Origin: Rebecca billardiae RCC1528
Lineage: Eukaryota; Protista; Haptophyta
Length of the DNA: 64,000 nt
Direction of reading: 5' to 3'
NCBI GenBank assembly: GCA_965240325.2
Contig: OZ251222.1
Coordinates: forward strand, 682,001-746,000
The translations under genes and the position numbers were made by a program. The notes under the pieces are model-generated. The model had not been told where the DNA came from, did not search any database, and saw only the letters and a list, made by a program, of their open reading frames with translations. This document shows positions 46,619-56,830 of this stretch, one piece after another (within the stretch, counting starts at the first letter, position 1; each line of letters begins with the position of its first letter).

Positions 46619-49027
46619 ATGTCGCTGTCGACGGCGCCGAGCACGCCCAGGTCGATGGCGCAGACCACGCCGCGGCGGCCGCGTGATCTGTCGAGCAATC
46701 CGATCCTCGCTGGCGCGCTGAGCAACGCCTCCGCCGCGGCCACGGCCGCCCCTCCCGCGTCCACGCCGCGGCCGCCGTCGGCAAACGCGCTGCGGCCGGC
46801 AGTCTCGCCCGCGTGGCACCGCGAGTCGCCCACCTCGAGGCAGGCCCTCATCCGGCCGCCGCCCTCGACGGGCGAGCTGCGCGTGATGGAGGAGAGCGTG
46901 CGCACCGCGCTCGACCTGATCGACACCTCGATCCGCGCGCACGCGGACGCGCTGCGGCAGCTCGACGCGCGCGCGGCCGCATGGACGCGCACGGACAAGC
47001 GCGTGTCTGAGCTCTCGGCAGAGCTCGCGTCCAAGGCGGACGCGGTGGCGCTCGATCGCGCGATGCACGGCGCGGCGGGCATGCTCGAGTCCGCGCGCGA
47101 GGAGCTCCGCGCCGACGCGCAGAGCGGCGCCGCGCGCGCGAACGCCGCGCTGCGCGCCGAGGCTACGCAACTGGCTGAGCGCCTGGCCGCCGCCGAGGCG
47201 GAGGCGGAGCGTCTGCGTGAGGAGCGAGCGCGCGACGCCGCGGAGCGCGAGGCGCTGCAGGAGTCCGTGCGCGCGCTCGAGCGCCGCGTGCGCGCCTCCG
47301 AGGCCGCCACCGCCTCGCTGCGCGACGAGCTCGACGAGGTGCGCGCCACCAAGGCCGACGGCTCGGCTCTCGAGGCGACGGCGGCGCGTGTGCTGGATGA
47401 GGCGCGCGCGCACGTGGACGCGCAGCTGCAGAGCCGCGCGGACGGCAAGGCGGACGCGGCGGAGCTGCGCGCGGCGCTCGGGCGGGTGCAGGGCGTGGAC
47501 ACGCGCGTCGACGCGCTCGAGCACGCCCTCGCGCGCGAGCGTGGCGCGGCGGCTGAGGCGCTGTCCGGCGCAGAGGCGCGCTTGGCCGCGCGCGCCGCCG
47601 AGCACGGCGCTGCCATCGACACCGCCGCGGGTGCGGCCGCGGCGCACGCGGAGCGGCTGGGCGTGCTTGAGCGCCGGGTGCAGGAGGAGGCCGAGCGCGC
47701 GGCGCGCGGCGCGGAGGAGGCCGCCGCCGGCGTGCGCGCCGAGCTCCGCGCGCGGCTGGACGCGTCGGTCGCCGAGCTCAGCCGCGCCGTCCAGTGGTCG
47801 GACACGCACGCGCGCTCCGAGCTGGATGAGCGGGCGAGTTCGCTCGAGCGGCAGCTGGCGGCGTGCGCGGAGCGCAGCGAGATGGAGCGGCTCGAGCGCG
47901 CGATCGGCGCCGAGCTCGACGCGAAGGCGGGCGCGGTCGAGACCGCCGCCGCGCTGCGCACCAAGGCTGAGCTGGACGACGTGCGCGAGGCGGCGCGCGC
48001 GGCCGAGGCGGCGGGCGCGGAGGCGGGCGCCGTCCGCGCCGCGCTCGACGGCGCGCTCGGCGACGGCTCGGCGCTCGAGCAGCGGCTGCGCTCGCTCGAG
48101 CGCGAGGTGGCGCTCAAGTGCTCCGTGGTGCGCGCGCCGCGGTGCCCTGCGCGCGCGTGGGCGCACGCGCCCTCCTCGCCAGGCACCGTGCTCACCGCCG
48201 CGACGCTCCGTGGTGCGCACGCCGTGCCCTCCGCCCTCCTGACACCGCGCCGCGCGCCGGCGCGTACGCGTGGCCCGCCGGCACGCCCGCACACGCCCGC
48301 ACAGGCGGACGCGCACGCACTCGTCGACGCGAGGCCGGACTACAACGAGCTGAACGCCGCGCTCGCCTCCGTCGACGACGCCGTGGCGCGCGCCGCGCCC
48401 GCGAGCGCGCTCAGCGACGTGGAGACTGAGCTGCGCTCGCTCGGCGCGGCGGTGCGCGCAGAGCAGGCGGTGTGCCGCTGGCTGTGGCAGAGCGGCCGCG
48501 TGCTCGGACCCGAGCAGCGCGTGCTCTGGGACCTGCAGCCCACCAACCGGCACGCGGGCAACTATGAGTGGGCGCGCGGCTCGCCAGAGGTGCGCGTGGC
48601 CGCGGGCGGGCTGTACGAGCTCGCGTTCGGCGTGTTCGCGCCCGATGCGTCGCCCGCCGTCGTGCGGCTGCTCGTGGACGACGCGGTGGTCGCCGTCGCG
48701 GGCGGCGACCCGTGGGCGGCCGAGCCGACGCACGCGCGGCCCCTGTCGAGCGCGCCCGCGACCGCCGCGCGCCGGCGCAAGAAGGGCTCGGCCAGCCGGC
48801 TGGGCGCCGCCCTCGCGGAGAAGGGCACCATCGACACGCCGCCGCCGGCGGCGCGAGCCTTTGCAGGCGTGCCCCCAGGCTTCGCGCTGGCGGCCGGCCC
48901 GGCCGCGGGCGTCACGTTTGCATGCCTGCCGCCAGGCGCGCGCGTCGAGCTCGCTGTCGGGCTGGGCGAGACGCCGCACGCGCTCAACGGCTTCCTGCAG
49001 CTGAGGAAGATATTCGTCCTCGATTGA
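46619..49027 (+). CDS. Coiled-coil protein with C-terminal C1q/TNF-like beta-sandwich; probable in-frame intron 48128-48304
   Basis: Heptad repeats with 'KAD' motifs, then 'RWLWQSG...VLWDLQPTN...NYEW...VRVAAGGLYELAFGVF...LPPGARVEL...GFLQLRKI'. The 177-nt GTGCGC...CAG segment is compositionally intron-like. Confidence 0.75.
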   Translation: MSLSTAPSTPRSMAQTTPRRPRDLSSNPILAGALSNASAAATAAPPASTPRPPSANALRPAVSPAWHRESPTSRQALIRPPPSTGELRVMEESVRTALDLIDTSIRAHADALRQLDARAAAWTRTDKRVSELSAELASKADAVALDRAMHGAAGMLESAREELRADAQSGAARANAALRAEATQLAERLAAAEAEAERLREERARDAAEREALQESVRALERRVRASEAATASLRDELDEVRATKADGSALEATAARVLDEARAHVDAQLQSRADGKADAAELRAALGRVQGVDTRVDALEHALARERGAAAEALSGAEARLAARAAEHGAAIDTAAGAAAAHAERLGVLERRVQEEAERAARGAEEAAAGVRAELRARLDASVAELSRAVQWSDTHARSELDERASSLERQLAACAERSEMERLERAIGAELDAKAGAVETAAALRTKAELDDVREAARAAEAAGAEAGAVRAALDGALGDGSALEQRLRSLEREVALKCSVVRAPRCPARAWAHAPSSPGTVLTAATLRGAHAVPSALLTPRRAPARTRGPPARPHTPAQADAHALVDARPDYNELNAALASVDDAVARAAPASALSDVETELRSLGAAVRAEQAVCRWLWQSGRVLGPEQRVLWDLQPTNRHAGNYEWARGSPEVRVAAGGLYELAFGVFAPDASPAVVRLLVDDAVVAVAGGDPWAAEPTHARPLSSAPATAARRRKKGSASRLGAALAEKGTIDTPPPAARAFAGVPPGFALAAGPAAGVTFACLPPGARVELAVGLGETPHALNGFLQLRKIFVLD

Positions 49028-49269
49028 TGCGGGATCATGGCGTATGGTAGCTACCGTACTCGTCGACGTCGTACTCGACGGTGAGCCACTCCGCCGCGTA
49101 CCGACGACGGTACCGAGTCAGACTGTAAAACATGGACGTATACCTGTTGTCACTGCCGGTGCCTGCGCATTCATGCATTCAGACGACTGACGTCCGGGCG
49201 GGGTGGTTCCCGGACTCCTTCCGCGTGTGCAACCGGAAGTTCGTCAACGCGTTCGATTCAGCGCTGTGC

Positions 49270-50490
49270 ATGATGTCGGCGCGGGTGGTGGTGGCATTAC
49301 TGCTGTCGACCTGCGCGGCGGCGGGTCAGCGGCCAGACAAGGTGTTCTTCATCGGCTCGGGCTCGACGGGCACGCGCACACTCTCAAATCTCATGATCGG
49401 TGCCGGATATCGCACCGTTCACTACCTGTGCCCGCCGGATCTGTCCAGCGGCGTGTCGCAGTCGCGCCGATGGTTCCACCACACCGTGAATCACGACGCG
49501 CGGAGCAGGTGCCTGGCAGATCACGACGCGTTCCTCGACAATGGGGACAAGGCCGATGTAGCCTGGCTCCTCGACCGCTACCCGAACGCCCGCTTCGTCC
49601 TCAACGTGCGCCAGATGGAGCCGTGGATGATCAGCCGGCTGGACCACGAGCGGCACGACCGGCGGCACGTGACGCGCCTGCGCCAAAACTGCGCGCACTT
49701 GAGCAGCCCGGAGCGGGCATCGCGATGCGAGGAGGACGTGCTCCGACGGGCGCGCCAGGGCGAGTTCCGCCAGCCCATCGACGCCGTCACAGACAACGTG
49801 ACGCTCGCGCAGTGGATCGTGCGCATGGGCTCTTACCAGCAGCAGGTGCTCGGCCTCTTCAACAGCACGCTCGGGCGCAGGCAGCGCTTCGTGCTCGTCG
49901 ACGTCGTGAGGATGTCGCAGTGCGACGTGCTGCGCTTGCTCGGCTGGGTCGCCCGCGACGACTGGCGCGCCCGCCCGACCAGCAGGCTCGTCCTTGCTCC
50001 GCACGACGTGCCGCGCTGCCACGCGCCGCGCGGGGGCGGCAGCTGCTCCGAGCTGCTGCCGACCGACGGCTCGACGTCGAGCTGCGAGGCACCTCCCACC
50101 ACCGAGCGCACCCAGCCTGCTCCCAGCTCCTCGTCGGCGCCCTCCTCGTTGCCGGACGTGCACGCGAGCACCCCCGACCGGCACATCTCGAGCACGTTGA
50201 CGCGCATGACGGGCCTGCTCGAGGAGGTGGGCTGCGCCGCCGATCCCGAGGCGCTCGACGAGCTGGTGTTCGTCAAATGCCCGCTGGCCATTTGCGCGTC
50301 GCAGATGGCGACGCTCGGCGACTTGCCCAGGGACTGCGAAGAGTTCCGCTCGTTTGTGCGCAGCGACGGGTCTCCGGTGCCGCGCGTCGCGGCGGACCAT
50401 CGCCGCCTGCGGCGCCCTAGTAACAGATCGAAGCAGCGTCACCGGCAGAGTCGCGCGCTGCGTGCTGTCACTGCTGACTCATCACGATGA
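49270..50490 (+). CDS. Secretory sulfotransferase-like (P-loop) protein
   Basis: Signal peptide, 5'PSB-like 'KVFFIGSGSTGTRTL' and 3'PB-like 'YPNARFVLNVR..EPWMISR'. Confidence 0.75.
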   Translation: MMSARVVVALLLSTCAAAGQRPDKVFFIGSGSTGTRTLSNLMIGAGYRTVHYLCPPDLSSGVSQSRRWFHHTVNHDARSRCLADHDAFLDNGDKADVAWLLDRYPNARFVLNVRQMEPWMISRLDHERHDRRHVTRLRQNCAHLSSPERASRCEEDVLRRARQGEFRQPIDAVTDNVTLAQWIVRMGSYQQQVLGLFNSTLGRRQRFVLVDVVRMSQCDVLRLLGWVARDDWRARPTSRLVLAPHDVPRCHAPRGGGSCSELLPTDGSTSSCEAPPTTERTQPAPSSSSAPSSLPDVHASTPDRHISSTLTRMTGLLEEVGCAADPEALDELVFVKCPLAICASQMATLGDLPRDCEEFRSFVRSDGSPVPRVAADHRRLRRPSNRSKQRHRQSRALRAVTADSSR

Positions 50491-51547
50491 TGATGCTAAA
50501 ACCATGACGATGTCGATATGCTGTGACGCGACATCATCGATGAGGATGCTGATGAGCCTATATTATAATTTATAGGCGGTCGAGGTGATCAGCACTGGCA
50601 CGTGCCTGATGATAAGCGCTCATATGCATGAGCACCATGACGAGCTCATCACTATGAGCTGTCAGCCGTGTTAAGTGTATACTGCCCGAGACCGAGTCAC
50701 TGCGCGCTCTATCTCATATCAGCTCAACAACGGGCCGGAAGCAGCCTACTACAGGGTCTCCAACATTAAACTGGACACTTTGGGCAGCAGCTCAGCGTAC
50801 GGCCTGTGGCTGCCTCGCGCGGGGTCAGGAGCGGCCAGCTCGGCTCGTGTGCACCCCACTAGGTCTGTCTGCGACCGCGCATAGCCGGGCAGCCCGCGTG
50901 GAGCACCCCTCTGGGTCATGCGGACAGTCGGCACAAGGCTGGTCGTGAGGGCCGTGAAGCAGCCGTGTGGCTTCTGCGCATGTCTGTAGCCAGCAAGCCC
51001 GCTCAAGGCCGCGCAGATATTATTACGTGGCATGGTCGATGACTATGCGGCATGCGCTCGACAGCCCTGGGCAAGCCCGGACGTAGCGCTACACCAGGAG
51101 TATATACGGCTCGATCGGACCAGCCTACCAGTTGCGCACCTCGCTTGCACAGCTGCTGCACAGCCCATCGATCGGCTCTGGCCGTGCAGGCAAGGGCTAC
51201 AGTCGGCGCCACTACCCGCAGCGAACGCTGGAGACCCACCAGTGCGCGCACCAACCCGCCCGCCGCCAAATGCAACCGTGCGCCAGATACGAATTTTAGC
51301 AGGCATGCCACCCGCGGGGGCTCCGTGGACCTGTTCAGAGCCAACCGCTAGTCGGTTGAGCTGTACATCCAAGCCAGCCCTGGCCACACGCTGAGCGCGC
51401 CGCTCGCTGCACCCACACCCTGTCGTCATCCGAGGAGTAAGGTCCATGGCGCTCATGCGAGCCTCTGGCCCATCTCATCGTTAGCAGCCGTAGTCAGCAA
51501 AAATCAGTGTCCGAACAATTGTTGGGGACCCTGTAGCATACTGCTGC

Positions 51548-54500
51548 TCACTCGTGCGCGAGCGCTTCGTCGGGGTCGATGCGCAGGTCGCGCAGCTCGC
51601 GCTCGACAGACGCGACGATAGCTCGGCGCGCCGCGCCATCCGCGCCCGCCTCGGCGGCGAGGTAGCGGCGCAGCGCGCGCTCGCGCCGCGCGCGCTGCGC
51701 CGCCTCAAACTCGCCGCGCTGCGCAAAGTGCGTGCCGTTGCCGTGCTCGCAGCCGAGCACGTGTGCGTGCGCGTCGGCGCCGCAGTCGGCGAGGCAGTAG
51801 GCGCAGAAGTGGCAGCCGCACCGATCGCGCGCGCAGCGCAGCGCGCAGCAGCCGTCGAAGCCGCGCGCGCCGTCGAGCCACTCGGCAAACGCCATGCCGC
51901 AGCGCGGGCACTTGAGCGTGAGGATATGCTCGATGATGTGCGCACGCCGCTGCTCGAGCAAGCGCTCGGCCGCGCCGAGCGCTGCGAGACGCTCGGCGTC
52001 GGAGCGCGCGCGCTGGGCCGCGCGCTCCTCGCCGCGCGCCTCGGCGTGCTGCTCGCGCGCGCGCCAGTACGCGCCGAACGCGGCGGCGGTCGTGCGGCGC
52101 GCGAGCTCGCCATCCAGGTACGCGTGCGCGCAGCCATTGCCCGCCTGGACGCACGGCACGCGCCCGTCCGCGTCGAGCGCCGCCCCGCCGCCGCCGTCGG
52201 GCTGCGCGCACACCTGCACGTGCATGGAGAGGCAGAGCGAGCACACCGCGTGCCCGCCGCCCGCGCACTCGGCGCACTCGTCCGGCGGCACCTCCTCGTC
52301 GAAGCACACCGCGCACGTGCGCAGCGCGGCGCGCGCGCTCGCGGCCGCCGCCTCGCGCTCGGCCTCGGCCGCGCGCAGCGCCTCGTCGCTCGCCGCCCAC
52401 AGCGCCGCGCCCTCGAGCTGCGCCGCGCTCGGCCGCGCGCCCGGCGCGTCCGACAGCGCGGCCACGACGAGCGGCTCGCCCAGCGCAGCCGCCGCGGCGC
52501 GCGCGCCCTGCACCGAGCCCACGAGCGCGGCGCGCGTCGGCTCATCGGCCGCAAGCGCGCGCAGCACGCACACGCCAAACGCGAACACGTCAGACGCCGC
52601 GCTCGCGCGCGCACCGGGCTGGAGCAGCTCGGGCGCCATGTGGCCCTCGGTGCCCGCGCCCGCGCGCGTCGTCGCGCTCGGTACGCCGCCAGCGTGCCGC
52701 GCCTCCTCCGCGCGCGCCAGGTCAAAGTCGCCGAGCAGCACGCGGAACGGCTCGGCCGCGCCGAGCGGCCGCTCGGCCGCGTCGTCGCCCGGCAGCTGCA
52801 CGAACGCGTTCTCGAGCTTCACGTCGCCGTGCACCGCGCCGCGCGCGTGCAGGTGCGCGAGCGCGGCGAGCAGCTGCCGCAGCGCGCGCACGCGCACGGG
52901 CGCGACGCGCGCGTGCGTCGGCTCGAGCATCCGCGCGCGCGCCGCGCCGCCGCGCACCGCCTCGGGCGGCAAGCCAGCCGCCGCCTCGTCGCGCTCGAGC
53001 CAGCCGTGCAGCGTGCCGCCCGAGTAGAGCGGCGTCTGCACGAGCGCGCAGCGCGCGCCGCGCGGCTCGTCGACGAAGACGCCGGCCACGCGCGCGATGT
53101 TTGGGTGCGCGTGCGCCAGCGCGAACTCCACCTCGCGCCCGAGCCGCCGGCGCTCCGTGTCGCTCGCCAGCGGGTAGACCTTCAAGACGACGCGCTCGCC
53201 CGCGAACGCGCGCAGCAGCACCTCGTGCCGCGCGCGGCCGGGCGCCGCGCCGTCGGGCCACTCGCACGGCTCGTACTGCGCGAGCGTGCGCCCGTGCAGC
53301 CACGCCGGCCGCGCGCCCGCGGGCAGCGCGCCCGCGCCGTCGAACACGCCGGGAAGCATCGCGGGCAGCTCGGGGAACGGCCCGCCCGCCAGCTCGTACA
53401 GACGGTCGAGCGAGCGCTCGCGCGCGCGCTGCGTGCGCTGCGCGCGCCGCTGCGCGTTGACGAGCGCGCGACGCGCGCCGTCCACGTCGCCGCCGTCCTC
53501 ATGCGCATCCTCGAGCGCACGGCGGGCGTGGCGCAGCGCGCGACTCGCCGCCTTGCAAGCCTCCTCGCGCTCGCGCAGCTCGTGCGCGCCGTGCGCGCGC
53601 TCAGTGGGCGGCAGCGCGCGGATCTCGCGCGCCTCCGCCTCCGCCTCGCGCGCGAGCGCGCGCGCGCGCTCCGCCGTCGCGGCGAGCTCGTCACACGCGT
53701 CCGCGCGCGCGCGCGCCGCGTCAGATAGGCGGCCAGCTCCACCGCCATTGCCGGTGAGGGCATCGCGTGCCGCGTCGCACAGGCCGGGCATGGCGAGCGC
53801 CCACGCCGAGGCGCACGCGCCGTCGTCCGCGTCAGCGTACGTGCCGCGCGCCGCGAGGGCGATGGCCTGGCGCGCCACCTCCGCCCACGCGGCCGCGAGC
53901 GCCGCGCCGCCCGCGCCCGCGCCAGATGGCGGCGCTGTGGTATCGTGCGCGTGCAGCGCCGCGCCCATCGCGCGATCGAGTGCGCGAGAAGGCGGCAGGG
54001 GCGCCGGAACGGTTCCGTCGCCGGCTGGCGGGTGCGGCTGCTCTGGCGTGCCAGCGCGCTCGAGCGCCGCGCGCAACGCGCGCGCCTCGCGCCGCAGCGC
54101 CGCAGCGCGCTGCTGCGAGTCCGCGAGCGCGTCGAGCGCGCACGCGGCGTGCGCCTCGAGCGCGGCGCACAGCTCGGCACGCCGCGCGTCGCGTCGCGAC
54201 AGCCGCGCCTCGTCCACGCCGCCGCGGCCGAGGGCGGCGCGGATCGCAGCCTGCTCGGTGGCGAGCGCGGCGCGTGCTGCGTCCGCCGCGCGCCGCCGCT
54301 TGGCAAGCGTCTCGAGTGCGGCCTGGCCGCCGAGAGCGCGGGGAGGCGCAGAGGCGGCGAGTGGCACGTGCGGAAAGCTCGCAGGCGCGGGCGGTGCGGC
54401 CGCGGCCGGGGCCTCGGATGGCGGTGCGAGCGACCACAGCCGCACACTCGCGTCGGCAGACGCCGACACTGCCCAGCGGCAACCGCCGTCCGCGCTGGAG

Positions 54501-56830
54501 ATCGCCACCGAGTTCACCCAGTTGGTGTGCCCATCGAGGGTGTGCACGCATGCGCCCGACTGCAGGTCCCACAGCCGCACACTCCTGTCGTTTGACGCGG
54601 ACACGGCCCAGCGGCAGCCGCCGTCTGCACTTGAGATCGCCACCGAGTTCACCCAGTTGGTGTGCCCCTCGAGGGTGCGCACGCATGCGCCCGATTGCAG
54701 GTCCCACAGCCGCACACTCTTGTCGGCAGACGCGGATACGGCCCAGCGGCAACCGCCGTCCGCGCTGGAGATCGCCACCGAGTTCACCCAGTTGGTGTGC
54801 CCATCGAGGGTGTGCACGCATGCGCCCGACTGCAGGTCCCACAGCCGCACACGCGTGTCGTTTGACGCGGACACGGCCCAGCGGCAGCCGCCGTCCGCGC
54901 TCGAGATCGCCACCGAGTTCACCCAACATGTGTGCCCCTCGAGGGTGTGCACGCACACGCCCGACTGCAGGTCCCACAGCCGCACACGCGTGTCCCATGA
55001 CGCGGACACGGCCCAGCGGCAGCCGCCGTCTGCACTTGAGATCGCCACCGAGTTCACCCAGTTGGTGTGCCCCTCGAGGGTGCGCACGCATGCGCCCGAT
55101 TGCAGGTCCCACAGCCTCACACTCGTGTCAGCAGACGCTGATATGGCCCAGCGGCAGCCGCCGTCCGCGCTCGAGATCGCCACCGATCGCACCCAGTTGG
55201 TGTGCCCCTCGAGGGTGTGCACGCGTGCGCCCGACTGCAGGTCCCACAGCCGCAGAGTGTTGTCCCATGACGCGGATATGGCCCAGCGGCAGCCGCCATC
55301 CGCGCTCGAGATCGCCACCGAGTTCACCGCACTGGTATGCCCCTCAAGCGTGCGCACGCACTTCTCCTTCGACCTTGGGATCACTGCCTGCTCGGCGCCG
55401 AGTGCGGGGTGCGCTGCGTCCGCCGCTCGCCGCCGCTCGGGAAGCGCCTCGAGCGCGGCCTGGCCGCCGAGGGCACAGGGCGGCGCGGGTGCGACGAGTG
55501 GCGCGTGCGGCTTGCTCGCAGATGTGGGCGGTGCGGCTGCGCCCGGCGCCTCGGATGGCGGTGCGAGCGACCACAGCCGCACACTCGTGTCGTGGGATGC
55601 GGACACTGCCCAGCGGCAGCCGCCGTCCGCGCTCGAGATCGCCACCGAGCTCACCGCACGGGTGTGCCCCTCAAGCGTGCGCACGCACTCCTCCATCGAT
55701 CTTGGGATCACCGCTTGTTCGGTGCCGAGCGCGGCGCGCGTGACGTCCGCCGCTCGTTGCCGCTCGGCGAGCCCCTCGAGCGCGGCCTGGCCGTCGAGAG
55801 CGCGTGGAGGCACGGGGGGGGCGCGCTGTGGACGCCGCGCGTGAAAGCGCCGCCTCGCCGGCTGCGCTGGTGCCTCAGATGGCGTTCCGACAGACCACAG
55901 CTGCACACGCGTGTCGGCGGACGCGGACACTGCCCAGCGGCAGCCGCCGTCCGCGCTCGAAATCGCCACCGAGTTCACCCGGTCGGTGTGCCCCTCGAGA
56001 GTGTGCACGCATGCGCCCGATTGCAGGTCCCACAGCCGCACACTCGTGTCCCATGACGCGGACACGGCCCAGCGGCAGCCGCCGTCCGCGCTCGAGATCG
56101 CCACCGAGTTCACCCCCCATGTGTGCCCCTCGAGGGTGCGCACGCACGCGCCCGATTGCAGGTCCCACAGCCGCACACTCGCGTCCCATGACGCGGACAC
56201 GGCCCAGCGGCAGCCGCCGTCCGCGCTCGAGATCGCCACCGAGTTGACCTCGCGGGTGTGCCCCAGGAGGGTGCGCACGCACACGCCAGACTGCAGGTCC
56301 CACAGACGCACACTCTTGTCGTCAGACGCGGACACTGTCCAGCGGCAGCCACCATCCGCGCTCGAGATCGCCACCGATCGCACCCAATTGGTGTGCCCCT
56401 CGAGAGTGCGCACGCATGCGCCCGATTGCAGGTCCCACAGCCGCACACTCGTGTCCCATGACGCGGATACGGCCCAGCGGCAGCCACCGTCCGCGCTCGA
56501 GATCGTCACCGATTGCACCTCGCTGGTGTGCCCATCGAGGGTGCGCACGCATGCGCCAGACTGCAGGTCCCACAGCCGCACACTCGTGTCGTGTGACGCG
56601 GATACAGCCCAGCGGCAGCCGCCGTCCGCGCTCGAGATCGCCACCGATTGCACCTCGCGGGTGTGCCCCTCGAGGGTGCGCACGCATGCGCCAGACTGCA
56701 GGTCCCACAGGCGCACACTCTTGTCGGCAGCCGCGGACACGGCCCAGCGGCAGCTGCCGTCTGCGCTCGAGATCGCCACCGAGTTCACCGAGATGGCGTG
56801 CCCCTCGAGGGTGCGCACGCACGTCTCCAT
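51548..56830 (-). CDS. WD40-repeat (7+1+7) / helical / protein kinase / RING1-RING2(RBR-like) multidomain protein
   Basis: Fifteen 45-aa GH...WD repeats. Kinase motifs VVLK, HPNI, HGDVKLEN, DFD, GT..HMAPE and SDVFAFG. RING 'CAVC...C....H.VC..C...C.....C' and 'LKCPRC...FDGCCALRC....C.CHFCAYC...HAHV..C'. Confidence 0.92.
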   Translation of the reverse strand: METCVRTLEGHAISVNSVAISSADGSCRWAVSAAADKSVRLWDLQSGACVRTLEGHTREVQSVAISSADGGCRWAVSASHDTSVRLWDLQSGACVRTLDGHTSEVQSVTISSADGGCRWAVSASWDTSVRLWDLQSGACVRTLEGHTNWVRSVAISSADGGCRWTVSASDDKSVRLWDLQSGVCVRTLLGHTREVNSVAISSADGGCRWAVSASWDASVRLWDLQSGACVRTLEGHTWGVNSVAISSADGGCRWAVSASWDTSVRLWDLQSGACVHTLEGHTDRVNSVAISSADGGCRWAVSASADTRVQLWSVGTPSEAPAQPARRRFHARRPQRAPPVPPRALDGQAALEGLAERQRAADVTRAALGTEQAVIPRSMEECVRTLEGHTRAVSSVAISSADGGCRWAVSASHDTSVRLWSLAPPSEAPGAAAPPTSASKPHAPLVAPAPPCALGGQAALEALPERRRAADAAHPALGAEQAVIPRSKEKCVRTLEGHTSAVNSVAISSADGGCRWAISASWDNTLRLWDLQSGARVHTLEGHTNWVRSVAISSADGGCRWAISASADTSVRLWDLQSGACVRTLEGHTNWVNSVAISSADGGCRWAVSASWDTRVRLWDLQSGVCVHTLEGHTCWVNSVAISSADGGCRWAVSASNDTRVRLWDLQSGACVHTLDGHTNWVNSVAISSADGGCRWAVSASADKSVRLWDLQSGACVRTLEGHTNWVNSVAISSADGGCRWAVSASNDRSVRLWDLQSGACVHTLDGHTNWVNSVAISSADGGCRWAVSASADASVRLWSLAPPSEAPAAAAPPAPASFPHVPLAASAPPRALGGQAALETLAKRRRAADAARAALATEQAAIRAALGRGGVDEARLSRRDARRAELCAALEAHAACALDALADSQQRAAALRREARALRAALERAGTPEQPHPPAGDGTVPAPLPPSRALDRAMGAALHAHDTTAPPSGAGAGGAALAAAWAEVARQAIALAARGTYADADDGACASAWALAMPGLCDAARDALTGNGGGAGRLSDAARARADACDELAATAERARALAREAEAEAREIRALPPTERAHGAHELREREEACKAASRALRHARRALEDAHEDGGDVDGARRALVNAQRRAQRTQRARERSLDRLYELAGGPFPELPAMLPGVFDGAGALPAGARPAWLHGRTLAQYEPCEWPDGAAPGRARHEVLLRAFAGERVVLKVYPLASDTERRRLGREVEFALAHAHPNIARVAGVFVDEPRGARCALVQTPLYSGGTLHGWLERDEAAAGLPPEAVRGGAARARMLEPTHARVAPVRVRALRQLLAALAHLHARGAVHGDVKLENAFVQLPGDDAAERPLGAAEPFRVLLGDFDLARAEEARHAGGVPSATTRAGAGTEGHMAPELLQPGARASAASDVFAFGVCVLRALAADEPTRAALVGSVQGARAAAAALGEPLVVAALSDAPGARPSAAQLEGAALWAASDEALRAAEAEREAAAASARAALRTCAVCFDEEVPPDECAECAGGGHAVCSLCLSMHVQVCAQPDGGGGAALDADGRVPCVQAGNGCAHAYLDGELARRTTAAAFGAYWRAREQHAEARGEERAAQRARSDAERLAALGAAERLLEQRRAHIIEHILTLKCPRCGMAFAEWLDGARGFDGCCALRCARDRCGCHFCAYCLADCGADAHAHVLGCEHGNGTHFAQRGEFEAAQRARRERALRRYLAAEAGADGAARRAIVASVERELRDLRIDPDEALAHE
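54430..56830 (-). repeat. Coding 135-bp tandem repeat array (WD40 units) in three blocks: about 55895-56830, 55570-55695 and 54430-55365
   Basis: The 135-bp period is directly measurable (e.g. 56541 vs 56676) and nucleotide identity between units is very high. Confidence 0.97.

Noticed and set aside
46424-48979. Apparent 1691-aa minus-strand ORF overlapping the plus-strand gene
   Set aside because: The N-terminal half is the Arg-rich antisense shadow of the 46619-49027 gene. Stop-free shadows are expected at this GC content.
54430-56830. Regular repeats with variable segments resembling a CRISPR array or DGR cassette
   Set aside because: They are in-frame 135-bp WD40 coding units with no unique spacers, cas genes or reverse transcriptase.
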